Position numbers and translations under genes: made by a program. A DNA stretch of 32,000 bases, from NCBI RefSeq assembly GCF_000981785.2, contig NZ_CP011304.1, forward strand, positions 1,260,001 to 1,292,000, given 5' to 3'. This document shows positions 31,828-32,000 of the stretch, one piece after another. The number at the start of each line of letters is the position of its first letter. Position 1 is the first letter of the stretch. Source of the DNA: Microcystis aeruginosa NIES-2549 (lineage in GTDB: Bacteria > Cyanobacteriota > Cyanobacteriia > Cyanobacteriales > Microcystaceae). The notes under the pieces were generated by a model. It made no database searches. It was not told the DNA's origin and saw only the letters and a list, made by a program, of their open reading frames with translations.

Positions 31828-32000
31828 CGTGAGCGTTTTGTCTTTGTAATTCCTCGATAGTTGCGGGGGATAAATCGGTAAATCGGGCAATTTCTGGGAT
31901 AGAAAAGCCAGCAGATAGCATTTTTAGGGCAATTTGTCGGGCTTTTTCTTCTTTACCTTCTTGTCGTCCTTCTTGCAGTCCTTCTTGTCGTCCTTCTTGT
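31820..32000 (-). CDS. 3' end of a second Rpn-family paralogue (DUF4351 tail only; continues beyond window end)
   Basis: Hand translation gives QEGRQEGLQEGRQEGKEEKARQIALKMLSAGFSIPEIARFTDLSPATIEELQRQNAHDV*, with the stop TGA at 31822-31820. Confidence 0.7.
   Translation of the reverse strand, partial: QEGRQEGLQEGRQEGKEEKARQIALKMLSAGFSIPEIARFTDLSPATIEELQRQNAHDV

Noticed and set aside
30795-32000. Repeated ~230-nt blocks, considered as a CRISPR-like array or an IS terminal repeat.
   Set aside because: The repeats are far longer than CRISPR repeats and have no unique spacers of regular size. They are in-frame coding sequence for the DUF4351 tail of paralogous genes.
1-32000. Search for tRNA, rRNA, tmRNA or CRISPR arrays.
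   Set aside because: A scan of the intergenic regions by eye found no T-loop-like GGTTCGAATCC-type motifs, no rRNA-like conserved blocks, and no short regularly spaced repeats.

Overview
The window most likely comes from a Microcystis-type cyanobacterial chromosome, judged from HIP1 GCGATCGC sites, heptamer tandem repeats and gene content. Positions 1-16.2 kb (minus strand) hold a tightly packed, A+T-rich NRPS/PKS island. Its gene order matches the aeruginosin (aer) pathway: A-KR-T loading enzyme, FAD halogenase, C-A-T-E NRPS, an IDI-2-like flavoenzyme, the Choi cassette (prephenate decarboxylase, cupin, SDR), a sulfotransferase, and the 5' end of the next NRPS. A roughly 940 bp non-coding boundary follows, with an IS30-type transposase remnant and dispersed repeats. 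Core-like genes come next: SWIM protein, topA, DUF938 methyltransferase, iron-binding FutA with a Fur-like box, TPR/GT41 glycosyltransferase, CobT-like protein, vapBC, ABC permease, thioredoxin and aminotransferase. The window ends in an array of Rpn-family (PD-(D/E)XK plus DUF4351 tail) nuclease genes, one of which carries a tandem duplication that leaves a free-standing tail ORF. The points most worth follow-up are that Rpn tail ORF as a possible RpnS-like antitoxin, the NRPS-style docking domain on the halogenase, the IDI-2 homologue coupled to the Choi genes, a vestigial A-subdomain at the start of the loading enzyme, and an SDR lacking the canonical Tyr/Lys. All calls come from reading the sequence and the ORF track by hand; no searches were run. 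Several ORF-track starts are TTG/GTG artefacts and have been trimmed to the likely ATG.
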